From Curvularia clavata (Eukaryota): a DNA stretch of 64,000 nucleotides. Positions 1-11,441 of the stretch are shown here, in pieces; position 1 is the stretch's first letter; each line of letters opens with the position of its first letter. The notes beneath the pieces were generated by a model, which saw only the letters and a list, made by a program, of their open reading frames with translations, was not told the origin of the DNA and did no database searches. The position numbers and the translations under genes were made by a program. The stretch covers positions 1,178,001 to 1,242,000 of the forward strand of contig CP089276.1 of NCBI GenBank assembly GCA_023920165.1. The letters are read 5' to 3'.

Positions 1-421
1 CGCAGTCGAGGATAGTCTGGGGATTCTGCAGAGGAGCTAGATGCAGCTTCTGGTCGAGAGTCAAGAGGTACATGTGGTGGGCAAAGTCGAGAATCTCCTT
101 GGCGAGCTCGTCGTTGGGGCCCCAGTATGCGCCGTCGCGGTAGGCGTGGTACTGGCGCCCATTTTCCATGCGGTAGTTGAGAATGGACGAGGCGAGCGAG
201 TCGGTGCCATCGCCCAAAAGACTGCCGCTGTCAAAGCCGGAGTCTGAGGAATCGCCTCCAATAGCCTCGTCGTCCTCGGTCACGGTGGCGGAGGAGAGCG
301 AGGTCGGGTATGTGGAGGCAGGAGCCGCTTGTGCAGATTCTTGCAAGTGCATGGCACTGTCCTGGGCGTGGAGATGGATGCCGATCGCCTGGGAAGGCTT
401 GGGCGGGGTGGACGAGGCCAT
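1..421 (-). CDS. LaeA-like SAM-dependent methyltransferase, 5' part only (runs off the window start)
   Basis: Reading from ATG at 421 gives MASSTPPKPSQ...DSLASSILNYRMENGRQYHAYRDGAYWGPNDELAKEILDFAHHMYLLTLDQKLHLAPLQNPQTILDC. This is the typical N-terminus of the fungal LaeA-like family, leading into the LDxG SAM motif. Not in the ORF track. Confidence 0.9.
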   Translation of the reverse strand, partial: MASSTPPKPSQAIGIHLHAQDSAMHLQESAQAAPASTYPTSLSSATVTEDDEAIGGDSSDSGFDSGSLLGDGTDSLASSILNYRMENGRQYHAYRDGAYWGPNDELAKEILDFAHHMYLLTLDQKLHLAPLQNPQTILDC

Positions 422-1394
422 GGGTGGGGGACTGGGGAGAGAAAGGAAGAGAAAGTGCGCGCGTGTGTGCGTGTGTGTGTAGCGGGCCTGGGCTAGATGA
501 AGGGCCTGGGGCAAAGCGGGCCGAGGGGGTTACATAGCCAGTACGTAGTACTATTACTCGGTAGGCATTGGGGCAGGGGACAGCCAGTAGCCAGCAGCGA
601 GGCGCGGGAGGGGGGTTCGGGTGGCGGTCCTAGTCTCGAGAGTGGTTTGTCTGTCTCTGGCAACGGACAGCGTCGTAGTCGTAGTCGTCGTAGTCGTCGT
701 CGTCAACGTGGCCGCGGGTATGCCGAGGAGAGAGACGGTAGCAGCAGTAGCAGCAGTAGCAGCAGCAGCAGCAGGGTGAGGGCAGATGGAATGAATAGTC
801 GTGGGCGAGGGTCCGCTAGGGCGCCGCGTTCACGCAACATCCCCGAGGCGATCCTGCACGCACCGGCCACCCTGCCCGGCCCTTCTGATTCGCCGACAAC
901 GTGGCCAGACGCCCGCCATGCGACTCAAGCAACTCCAACACGATCAGGCCATGCCTGGGTTGGCCATGCCCTCCAACGGCGTTTTCCTTGCCGTCCCTTG
1001 CTCCGACTTGGCTCTCCGCCTTGACCGATCATGGCGCGCGCTGGTGGCTGGCTTGCACCACGCTGGCTGAAAAAAAACACCGCCCTGAGGCTAGCGGCTT
1101 GCTGCATGCCCGCCCAGCCAATGCTTTTATCATGGCCTTTTGGTTTTTCGGGTTAAAGCTCCTCGAGGCTGTTTAGCCGCAGCGCGAGGGATTCGTGGCC
1201 GGGCGAGGGGTCGCGTCGTTCATCTAATCGGGCCGCGCGGCTGTTGCAATGAGCCTGGTGGGCCAAGTGGAGGCGCCTGTCACTTGGGTTGGCGGCAGAC
1301 CTGCTGGGCCTTGTCCACGGCGTCGTCGTAAATGTCGTCGATCGCGTTTGCTGAAACCGTAAGAAACCCCAATACCCACGAGGCGCGCGCAGCA

Positions 1395-2742
1395 ATGGGC
1401 GAAGCTCTGGTCAGCGGTGATGCGCACCGGCGAGTTCTTATAATTGGCTCCGGTACGCCGACAGCGCCGCATGCCACCGTGTCGCACGCTCACTGATTCG
1501 CAGGCACAACCGGCCTGGCGCTCGCTCAAGGTCTTTGCAAAGTGTGTATTATGCCCCGTGTCCTCGGAACCCGCTCTCTCTCCTAGCGCTGACAACCACC
1601 ACCAGGCCGGGATTCCGTGCACTGTCTTCGAGAAGACGAGCGCAGGCCATGGCGACCGCGACTGGAACATGGGCTTGCATTGGGGCGCCCCTGTGCTACG
1701 AGCCCTCATGCCCGACGGCTGGTGGGAGCACCGCATTCAGAGCGTCCAGGTCGACCCCAATGTCCCTACAAAAGACCAGGACACCCTCAACTGGCTGCGT
1801 GGCGACACGGGCGAGCTTGTTGCTGCCATTACCTTTGGCCCCTTCTACCGCCTGCGAAGAAGCAAGCTGCGCGAGCTGCTGTCCCAAGGCCTAGATATTC
1901 GCTATGACAAGCCGCTGCAAGACATCTCATACGCCAGCAATGGCGACTCCGTAACCGCCCACTTTGCCGACGGTACCACAGCCACGGGAAGCATGCTTGT
2001 CGGCGCGGATGGTGCTCGCTCCTCAACCCGACAGATATTACTAGGCCGCGAACTAGCTGCTATAAACCACATTCCCTATGCTGCCACTTTTGTTCAGTCA
2101 AAGTTCACCAAGGAGCAAGCTCTCCATCTGAGGTCCTTCCATCCCCTGTATCTGGCGTCGGCCCACCCGAAAAACTACTTTGCTTTTTTCGGCATGCACG
2201 ATGCTCCAGACGCCAATGACCCCTCGTCCTGGACTTTCTTCTACTACATCTCTTGGCGATGTAGCCTCGAGGAGCAGGAGGCCACCAAGGACTGGACCGC
2301 CGCTCAGCGTCTGGCCCAGCAGAAGGAGTTTGCTAAGCAGTTTTGCGATCCCTGGAAGAGCGCATTCGAGTGGACTCCAGACGACGCCCCGGTATGGTAT
2401 CTGGGCCTTACCGAGTGGGATCCAGGAATGGAAGGCCACCGTTGGGACAACCACCAAGGAAGAGTTACCCTAGTTGGCGATGCTGCTCACCCCATGACAT
2501 ATCAGCGGGGACAAGGGCTCAACCACGCCATCACAGATGCAGGCAAGTTGTGCGAGGCCCTCACCCAGATCGATGCTGGCCGCGATCGGCCGGCTATCAT
2601 AACAACGTTCGAAGACGAGGTCATCAAACGAGGAGGAACCGAAGTGAGAGACTGCACAGCAAACACTACTCTGCTGCACGACTGGGAGCGCGTCCGCCAA
2701 AGTCCTCTTTTCACCAAAGGCATGAAGAAGACCGATGCTTGA
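1395..2742 (+). CDS. FAD-dependent monooxygenase (salicylate hydroxylase-like); exons 1395-1452, 1504-1541, 1606-2742
   Basis: Splicing two GT-AG introns restores the Rossmann motif VLIIGSGTTGLALAQGL. GADGARS and VTLVGDAAHPM...GQGLNHAITDA motifs are present. Confidence 0.92.
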
Positions 2743-3319
2743 GCAGTAAGTATGTATTGTGAACAGTATCTCTCCGTCTTTGTTCGTTGATGAGAATTCA
2801 CTATCTGGCAACAAACATATCTTAAAGTACATAGTCATGTGTTCGGATTCAAGTTGGCTCGCCATCATGGTCCTATCGCTAGCATCAATATATAAAGTAC
2901 ATTTCGCCTCTGCAATCGTGATCACAAAGCTCGTCTCCTGACTGGCCAACATTCCAGTTTCACAACAACCAAACAAAAGTCATTGTATTCATTCATGGAA
3001 TGCTTCAAGCTACTATTGACGACTGACTAGCATTGTGCGTTATTGGAGTCCTGGTTACATCACATGACTGTCGCGGACCCAACGTTAACTCCGAGGACCC
3101 CCTCAATTGCGGCCAGACTCCCACAAGATGCCTCGGATATCTTTCTCCAAGCACAATGACGCCGGCGACGCTCGGTTCACGGCGCTGCCGTCGGCGTCGC
3201 GACGTCAAATACCGCAATTCATAACTTTTGCTTCTTCATCAATCAAAAGCCGCTGCTAATTATTGAACAATTAATCTCTGCCGTCACATCAGTTGTAGGG
3301 ACTTTTACACACAACCATC

Positions 3320-4411
3320 ATGACATCGCCCGCCGAGTTCAACGGATGGCTAGGCCATGACAAGACTGCTGCCGAAGGGAAGATGACCTGGTCTTCTTTC
3401 AAGCCAAAGCCCTTCAACGACATTGATGTCGACATCAAAATCTCACACTGCGGCATCTGTGGCAGCGACATACACACATTGCGCTCGGGCTGGGCTACTA
3501 CACACTATCCCACGTGCGTAGGACATGAAATTGTCGGCCATATCGTTCGCGTTGGAGAAAAAGTCAAAAATCTGAAGCTGGGTGATCGGGTCGGAGTAGG
3601 CGCCCAGGCCTTCAGCTGTTTACGCGAGGATTGTGAAGAATGCAGTGCAGGCATTGAGCAGCATTGTCCCAAAATGGTCGGCACTTACAACTCCAAGTAT
3701 CCAGATGGCAGCTGGAGCATGGGCGGGTATGCCGACTATGTCCGTGTGCCGGCACATTTCGCCATCAGGATACCAGCAGCGCTGAAAAGCGAGGATGCGG
3801 CCCCTATGATGTGCGGAGGAATCACCGTGTACTCTCCGCTCAAAAACAACGGTGCGGGACCAGGAAAGAAGGTTGGTATTATCGGTCTAGGCGGACTTGG
3901 TCACTTTGGAATCTTGTTCGCAAAAGCATTGGGCTGTGAAAAAGTCGTAGCCATCAGCCGGAAGAGGAACAAGGTCGAAGATGCAAAGGCAATGGGCGCT
4001 ACAGACTACATTGCAACTTCAGAAGACGAGAAATGGGCACGGAAGCATAGCCGATCCCTGGATCTCATCATCAGCACCGTCTCGTCGCCAGACATGCCTC
4101 TAGAATCCTACCTGCGACTTCTGCGAACCGGTGGTGCTTTTATCCAAGTCGGCGCTCCAGAAGACAAGCTGCCACAGATTTCCGCATTTGGCTTGATTGG
4201 CAAGGGCTGCAAGATTGGAGGAAGCCAGATTGGCAGTCCCAAGCAAATTGAGGAGATGTTGAATTTTGCTGCTGAAAAGGGAGTCAAGCCATGGGTGCAA
4301 AAGCGGAACATGAAAGATGCGAATCAGTGTGTGGTCGATATGGAAGACGGACACGCCAGGTATCGATATGTACTGGTCAATGCCGACTATGGAGATCGAG
4401 CGCGGATGTGA
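3320..4411 (+). CDS. Zn-dependent NADP alcohol dehydrogenase (cinnamyl-alcohol dehydrogenase/Adh6 type)
   Basis: CGICGSD, GHE, structural Zn cysteines, GLGGLGH and the C-terminal RYRYVL; intronless, 363 aa. Confidence 0.95.
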   Translation: MTSPAEFNGWLGHDKTAAEGKMTWSSFKPKPFNDIDVDIKISHCGICGSDIHTLRSGWATTHYPTCVGHEIVGHIVRVGEKVKNLKLGDRVGVGAQAFSCLREDCEECSAGIEQHCPKMVGTYNSKYPDGSWSMGGYADYVRVPAHFAIRIPAALKSEDAAPMMCGGITVYSPLKNNGAGPGKKVGIIGLGGLGHFGILFAKALGCEKVVAISRKRNKVEDAKAMGATDYIATSEDEKWARKHSRSLDLIISTVSSPDMPLESYLRLLRTGGAFIQVGAPEDKLPQISAFGLIGKGCKIGGSQIGSPKQIEEMLNFAAEKGVKPWVQKRNMKDANQCVVDMEDGHARYRYVLVNADYGDRARM

Positions 4412-4663
4412 AAGTGTCTCTGTTTCATATCTTACACGCAATCCTATGTTGCACTGTATCGCTGACGTTGTATACCTACATATCGCGTGAAATCAACACT
4501 GATGGTTTACCAGTTTCACTTTAGAGGCAGATAAAAGAATACAATACTTTTTCTACCTTCTTTTTTTAATCCAATCAACTCTTGTCTCATCAGCCTAACC
4601 AACCAGTTCCTATCCACACCCAAGATTTTCATTCCCGCCATCAAAACCTCAAGCTCACCAACC

Positions 4664-5638
4664 ATGCACTTCTTCCAAAAAAAGTCCCTCCGCCCCCTGC
4701 CCGCCGGCATCCCCGTCGAGGGCACCAACTACTCCGACCTACGCGCGAGCATTTTGAAAACCAACCCCCTTATCGACGAGCAAATCGACCACATCAAGAA
4801 CCGCACCGACAACGACTTCGCCCCGCTTGTCGCGCGCCAAGAAAAGATCCACACCCAATTAAGGCGGTACATCGCGCCAGAAGCCATTGGCGCCTCCGAG
4901 CCGTGGCTCATGGAACTCAACGACCAGCGCTGCGCCATGGAGATGAAAGGCATCATTCTCACTCGTCTTTTGAAAGAACAGCACGACAAGTGTGTTGACG
5001 AGAACGGGTCTACTGACAAATTTAAATGGGAGTTCTGGGAGGGCTATCTCGACAACTACGAGATTTTGAAATACCTCTTTAACCGCGTGCTCAAGGAGCT
5101 GGCCGACTATGAGCACGGCAAGTGGTACTGGATCGAAAACAAGTTTCCAATTCTGGAGCCCCCTTTTCAACCTAAAGAAGCTTCCAGCGCTGCTGATGAG
5201 AATGAGAAATCAGACGAGAAGGGACCCACGTTTGAGCGTCTCTTGCAGGGCTGGTCCCTCGGAGACGACGATGAAGACGATGACAAAGACGAGGCGGACA
5301 AGGAGTCCAAGCACGTCAAGTTCGCACGGCGCGTCCAGGGTTGGTACTTCAACGACGATGACGCCCCTATCCTCACTGGCGCCGGCATAGATGACAAGGT
5401 GCGCAAGAACTCGGAGTTTCACGACCGCGTCGTCGATGGCAAGTCTACGTTCAAAACCCTGATTGACCAGTCGTATTTTAAGAAGCCCGGTTATCAGCGG
5501 TGTACAGATGGGTTCAGGGTGCCTGCGATGCAGAGGGTGCCGTCTGAGTATCGGCTTTCTGAGTTTAGGAAATTGTATCGATTTTCTGAGGCGCAATTGC
5601 GGATGGAATGTCGACCTAGGAAGTCGGAAAGGTGGTAA
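4664..5638 (+). CDS. Hypothetical protein, 324 aa
   Basis: Long ORF with good start context (caaccATG) and coding-like GC3 bias; acidic central tract; no family recognised. Confidence 0.7.
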   Translation: MHFFQKKSLRPLPAGIPVEGTNYSDLRASILKTNPLIDEQIDHIKNRTDNDFAPLVARQEKIHTQLRRYIAPEAIGASEPWLMELNDQRCAMEMKGIILTRLLKEQHDKCVDENGSTDKFKWEFWEGYLDNYEILKYLFNRVLKELADYEHGKWYWIENKFPILEPPFQPKEASSAADENEKSDEKGPTFERLLQGWSLGDDDEDDDKDEADKESKHVKFARRVQGWYFNDDDAPILTGAGIDDKVRKNSEFHDRVVDGKSTFKTLIDQSYFKKPGYQRCTDGFRVPAMQRVPSEYRLSEFRKLYRFSEAQLRMECRPRKSERW

Positions 5639-5889
5639 GGAAGGTTTCGTATGAGTTTTGGCTTTTTTTTTTCGAAGTTTAGCAGGCTGTGCCGGCATAC
5701 GCTGTGGGAGAAGTAGAGGATGGAGATTGGGACTGGCTTCTGGTAAAGTCATTGTTTTGGGATTTTTCATTTTGACTTTGGAGTTGAAAGGGGCTTATAG
5801 AAATCTATTCCTTGAGTATTAAAAATATTCTATCTTGGAAGGATTGTTTTTGAGTAAAGAGAGAAGTGAAGGACTTCCATATATCTCCT

Positions 5890-7939
5890 CTAAAGTGCCA
5901 GTGTAAAGGTCTTGGCTCTGCACTGTATCGTTGTGAACACCTTGCTCGGCTTGTTGAACCAGTAGTTCCGTGTCTCCCACTCGCGCTCTGGTTCTGCTAA
6001 TTGCATGTCGAACGAGCGTACAAGTTGCGGAATTACTTTGTACATTTCGCACAGTGAGATCTGGTCCTTGATATCAGCACTGTTCCACTATCTGGCTGAA
6101 GCCAACATTGTGAATATTTGAAAAAACTTACATTCTTTCCAATACACGTTCTCGCACCTCCTCCAAACTATATTGCAGTCAGCACCGTCTTCGTAATTCA
6201 CTAATGCGTGTTTCTCCTAAAACGATTGAAGACAAGAAAATCAAAGACAAAGCTATCAAAATAGTAAGAAGATGACTGCGACAACCACTGCTACTTTCAA
6301 GAGTAGAAGCAGTGATTTTCATATGCCACCAATTTTACAATTTCACAAATCATGAGAGAGACCATGTATGACTAAAATCAACGTACCTGAAACATACACC
6401 TCTCCATCTTGACCGCATCAGGCCGAAACCACCGCTCAGGCACAAACTCATCCGCATCAAGACCAAAAACAGCCTTGTCACGCTGGACAACCGCCGCATT
6501 GACTCCGACTCGAGTGCCCTCTGGGAACCAGTGTCCAGCGATGACGCACCCGCCTTTGGGAACAAGTCGAGGAAGCGTCATTCCAACGCTGGGGTGAAGG
6601 CGCATGCCTTCTTTGCAGCACGCCATTAGGTATGGGAGGCCGACTGCCTCGTGGTATTGGATGTAGCGGCTGAGCAGACCCTCTTGGTCGGCTTGGTCGA
6701 TTTCGGAAGTGAGTTTGGCGTAGGCGGCGGGCGAGCGCATGAGGTGATATAGGATGGATGTTATGGCTGCGGCAGTAGTGTCGGACCCGGCAATGCTCCG
6801 GTGGAGTTAGTGTCTTTGCGTTGCTATGTTGTTGGAAGTAAGCTTACAATGCGCCGTACGCTTCCATCTTGACCTCTGTGAAACCAAAGTCTTTCTGCTG
6901 GCCTTTCTCTCTCATGATGTCGAAGAAACTCTGGAGCATGTCTTCGCAGTCTTCGGCCTTGCCGCTGTTGATCAGATTTTGACGCTCCACAACACATGCT
7001 TCAGACGCTCTCTCGATGTGCTTGAGGGCTTTGAGGGCTTTGAACACTCGGGGGATTGCGGCTCCACTGATGAGCACGAGTGGGCGAAGATAGCTAGGCG
7101 ATGCGCAGGCTACGGCGATGAAGGGGATCAGAAGGTCCAAGGCGTTGATGTAGCCACCGTAGTCGCGTCCGTATTCCAGAAAGCCAAACATGCGGCTGAA
7201 GAATAGCTCGCCGATGGAGTCAAAGGCAAACCTGGTTGCGTAGTGAGCGATACCGAGGCTGAGTACGCGACGACTATGAAGAAATCTTACCATTGTATCC
7301 ACTCTGACATATCAATGACTGAGCTTTTCGAAGCACACGCTGTAAACTTGGCAACAAGCAGTTCCACACATTTGTCTATGTCCTCTTCTAGCTGCACAAT
7401 ATTGGACATGGAGTAGAGAGAATTCACTATTCTCCTTCGCTCAGCATGCTGGCGCTCATCAAGATTCGTGAAAGCATCTGGGTATCTGCCCCATGTCGCT
7501 CGAAAGGGGAGATAGAAGTCGGTCTGCTACATTGAGTATTGTATGTTTACAACGGCATGGGGAAGGGTATTAACCTTTGTGAAGCCAGAATGGGCTGAGT
7601 AGATGATCTGGATGGCTTCCGGGTCCGCTATGGCGACTTCGTTTGGCGCGATTCGAATAATTGGTCCTAGAAATATCAACTGCAGCCATACAGGTATTAC
7701 GATTGTTCAAGCTCACCATATCTCTTGTGTAAACGCCGTTGCGTCTTTTCGGAACTACCACGAGCCACATCCATGATGAGCCACAGGCGCGTGACAGAGG
7801 CAAGAAATGGCCCTGGGTACTTGGCCAACGGATGAAAATATCTGGTGTAGATGATCCATCCCAAGCAGCACACAAGAAGAAAGCTCGAAAATACAACCGA
7901 GTACCCCCAATGGGAAGCCAATCCTGTGATCAGAGACAT
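5890..7939 (-). CDS. Cytochrome P450 (pisatin-demethylase-like), multi-exon
   Basis: N-terminal TM helix, HPLAKYPGP, IAGSDTT I-helix, KEGMR (ExxR), PERW, and the heme motif FGGGARTCIG on a small exon near 6132-6167. The last exon ends in TAG at 5892-5890. Confidence 0.92.
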
Positions 7940-9358
7940 TGTAGAGGAATGAAAGCCTGAGGAATAGACTTGTTCAACGGCGAGAAAACAGAAGAGAGGT
8001 TTTTGAAGCAGGAAATATATTTCAAGCAGAAAATTTCTAAGACATAAGCAAGCGCAGCAGAATCATGTCTGTTTTCACAACCTTAAATTCACATGCAAAG
8101 CTAGAAGAAGGCAACAGATACAGCCTCACTGGGGCGGCTGGGGCTGAAAACCAGCGTGGCGTTACTCGTAACACCTCACCCCATACCCAATCCGAAATCT
8201 TACACATTCATACCCTTTTCAGCTAGTGCATTCTACATTGTGAACATGCCACGGGCAGGAGCATCGCCGTGGGTACGGTCTCGCCAGTGGGTTATGCAAT
8301 GTATGCAAGGGATGCGCTGCACTAGCGCAAATCTAAACTCAAAGAGATCGCTTTACAGGATCACATGCATGATACAGGGCCGATTTGCGAGGGCTGAGAG
8401 CATATTTGGAGATAATCCAGACCGCATACTACGCTGTACGTTTTGGCTTTGACGACTAGCACACGATAGGGTCTGAGAAGCTGATGACTCGCACTTCGTC
8501 TGCCTTGCAACCACCATGGATTCAACATGGATTCTGTATCTGACATCAGCACGCTCAAGGCAGGACTCTATAGACACGATATCGCGCAGTGTCTTTGAGT
8601 CATGTGAGATCTTGAAAACGGCCAATCAAGTAGATGCGTTTAAGGGTTGTTCACAATAACCCCCATCTTCGCGCCTATCGGATAGTAAATCAAGCCTTGG
8701 CTCGCTGCGTATGTCCTGAGATGGAAGAAGCTTTTCGGTGACCGACACACGGTGCCGCAGCAACTGCTTACGGCCCGGTAGGCTGCAGAACGGAAGTGTT
8801 TGAGGCTTAGATGTTCAGGAGCCGGCTCAGAAGCGCTAGTCGTCGGCATTTGCAACTTCAATGCGTCGAGCTTGGCCAAGTGCTTCCAGGCAGAACTTGA
8901 TGGCGAGGAACATCAACAGCTGTTATTCAGAAGAAGAGGAGATGTGGTTCGGGGTTGTCGAGCGGCTCTACGTAAACCCCAGGCCGCTTATCCCCTTCCA
9001 TCGCTAGCGCCATACCTACCTCAGTCACTGCAGACGTCAACCGTTTTCCGTGTCTACATCACAACTGTTACTGTTCCAACTCCAACCAAACCTCACATTG
9101 ATGACTCAAGCAAAAAAAGCCTCATAATTGAACTCAATGTCAAAATCTGGCATCATCTTCCCGCAATCTCTGCGCATCACATCCCCAACCCCGCGGATAA
9201 TTTTCCGACGCTTTCTCACTGTCCCAACTTCTTCATACTGGCCGTACCAAAGACCTCAGCTATATAACTTAGCCAAGATCCAGAAGAAAAAGGGAGCCCA
9301 TAGTTCATCCTCATCAATTCCTTTACAAACCCGGACCTTCACCAGCACAGAATTCAAA

Positions 9359-10231
9359 ATGTCTACCTCTACTCCCCACGACCAAGCCAAAGACCAGAAG
9401 GACTGGTCCGCATCCCAATACCTAAAATTCGGCAACGAGCGCACCCGCCCCGTCTATGACCTCGTCAGCCAAGTGGCCCCCCTTATGCCCACTACCTCTC
9501 CCTTGCGAATCTACGACCTAGGCTGCGGCCCAGGCAACAGCACGAGCGTCCTGTGCTCCGCCTTCCCTAACTCGCGCGTCACCGGCATGGACTCTTCACC
9601 CGACATGCTCCGCCGCGCCAGCGCCGACTTCTCCAACCAGGCAAACGTAGATTTTGTCTCTGGCGACGTCTCCACCTTCACCGTGTCGCCCGACACCAAC
9701 CTCATCTTCAGCAACGCCGTATTCCACTGGCTGCGGCAACCCACTCGCATTCCTTCTCTCGCCCGCTTGCTCGAGTCCCTGAAACCCGGTGGTGTACTTG
9801 CGATCCAAATGCCAGACAACTACCACGAGCATTCCCACGCGCTTATGCGCACCGTAGCCAAGCTACCCAATCAGCCCTGGTCTGACTACTTTTCAAACAC
9901 CCGCGTTGGAGACTTGAGTGATGCTGACCGTCCTGATCTCGATCCCATCGAGGCTCCAGCAGACTACTACAATGCGCTGTTGCCGCATGCCCAGAGCATT
10001 AATATCTGGCGCACCAATTACCATCACGTGCTTGCTGATGCGAGCGCGATTGTCGAGTGGGTAAAGGGAACAGGGCTGCAGCCGTATCTGAATAGGATTG
10101 AAGGTGAGAATGCGAAGAAGGCATACTTGAAAGAGTATGAGCGAAGATTGACGGAGAAATATGCGAGGTTAGCAGATGGGAAGGTGTTGTTGGGGTATCC
10201 GCGCTTGTTTGTAGTAGCGGTGAGGAAGTAA
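9359..10231 (+). CDS. tam: Trans-aconitate 2-methyltransferase (Tam-like); possible in-frame upstream start at 9137
   Basis: DWSASQYLKFGNERTRPVYDL, DLGCGPGNST, NAVFHWL, EWVKGTGLQPYL and YPRLFVVA match the Tam family. Confidence 0.88.
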   Translation: MSTSTPHDQAKDQKDWSASQYLKFGNERTRPVYDLVSQVAPLMPTTSPLRIYDLGCGPGNSTSVLCSAFPNSRVTGMDSSPDMLRRASADFSNQANVDFVSGDVSTFTVSPDTNLIFSNAVFHWLRQPTRIPSLARLLESLKPGGVLAIQMPDNYHEHSHALMRTVAKLPNQPWSDYFSNTRVGDLSDADRPDLDPIEAPADYYNALLPHAQSINIWRTNYHHVLADASAIVEWVKGTGLQPYLNRIEGENAKKAYLKEYERRLTEKYARLADGKVLLGYPRLFVVAVRK

Positions 10232-10390
10232 GAGAAATGAAATCATCGTGTATTGAGGGCATATACGAAGTTGAGTATAGGTAAAAAAGGTTCGACCAAG
10301 ACATTTTCTAGGAATCATCCAATAGTATTTATCATATCTTACCTGTTCTCCACACGACTAGGGCAAAAAACTGATAGCAAAAATTCAAAA

Positions 10391-10509
10391 ACATACGACA
10401 GTGGGGATTCGCCAGTGGTCACCCACCTGACTACTAGTCCACCGGTCTCGAGCTTAAGTATGATTGATCGAACGGGGAATCCTGCTTCCTCGAGCCTATG
10501 GTCGTATGT
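10391..10509 (-). rRNA. 5S rRNA gene (dispersed copy, 119 nt)
   Basis: Minus strand reads ACATACGACCATAGG...TACTTAAGC...TAGTAGTCAGGTGGGTGACCACTGGCGAATCCCCACTGTCGTATGT. The ends pair, and a T-run Pol III terminator follows. Confidence 0.97.
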
Positions 10510-11441
10510 GCTCGTTTGTTCAATAAGTCAAGTTATGTTAGAGGAACGCTGAGTTGCTTACATAATCTAAGACATCCAGTCACATGACTCATATGATGTG
10601 ACTGGTTAAGATATTGGATAAAAATAGCACCAATCTTATGTAGCTATCAATTCAATCATCTATCTTCCAACTCATTCCTATGCTCTTTCCCGCGACATGT
10701 ATTTACAAAGGCAATATTTCATGAAGTGCGGCCAAAGCAGGTCAAGGACTTAGTTGGCGTGGGACAGAGACTTCACCAGAATTACCAGACTTGAGAAGAC
10801 ATAATGTGAAAGACGCTCTGTTTTGTCTCAGGTTCTATGCCATACTACACTACTACTCCACTTCATCCCTCCCCTCATGCCAACAACTTCCCTCCATCTA
10901 TTGCTTCCCATCTGTCTCCTAACCCTTCCCTACCAGAACCCCACGAGATAGAACATTTTGCGCCGCCTGAAGAATAAGAAAACGTGTGCCAAGGATCGTA
11001 GATGGCACGCGTTGTGATTTACCCAGAAAAGAACGCCCATGCCAATGCTACAAAAGCTTTCTTTTCTCCCTTCCTCTCTTCTTCAAAAGTATGGGAGCTG
11101 CACATAGCGCAAGCACACATAGACACGCACACACACACGCACACACGCACACATCAACCACACTCCGACACACACCACACACAAGACAAAGACGAAGACA
11201 GAGACACAATGCAAACAAATGCAAATCAAACAAACGTCAAACTTGTACCAAGCCAAAATGCGTGAAGAGAGAACTGGCCAGTCTAGATGTCATGACGTAG
11301 ACTTTTGGCCCGGGGGTATAGAATAGTATCGCCGCTCACTGAGATGCTTTTCGCTCAAGCCGTTGAAAGAAAAAGAGGTGGAGAGAACCAACGCCCACGT
11401 ACTCCGGTAACGAATCTTTTAAAAACAAAGTCGTTCATCCT

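Noticed and set aside
497..1024. 175-aa Arg/Ser-rich ORF
   Set aside because: Produced by microsatellites in the GC-rich region between two divergent genes; no domain features.
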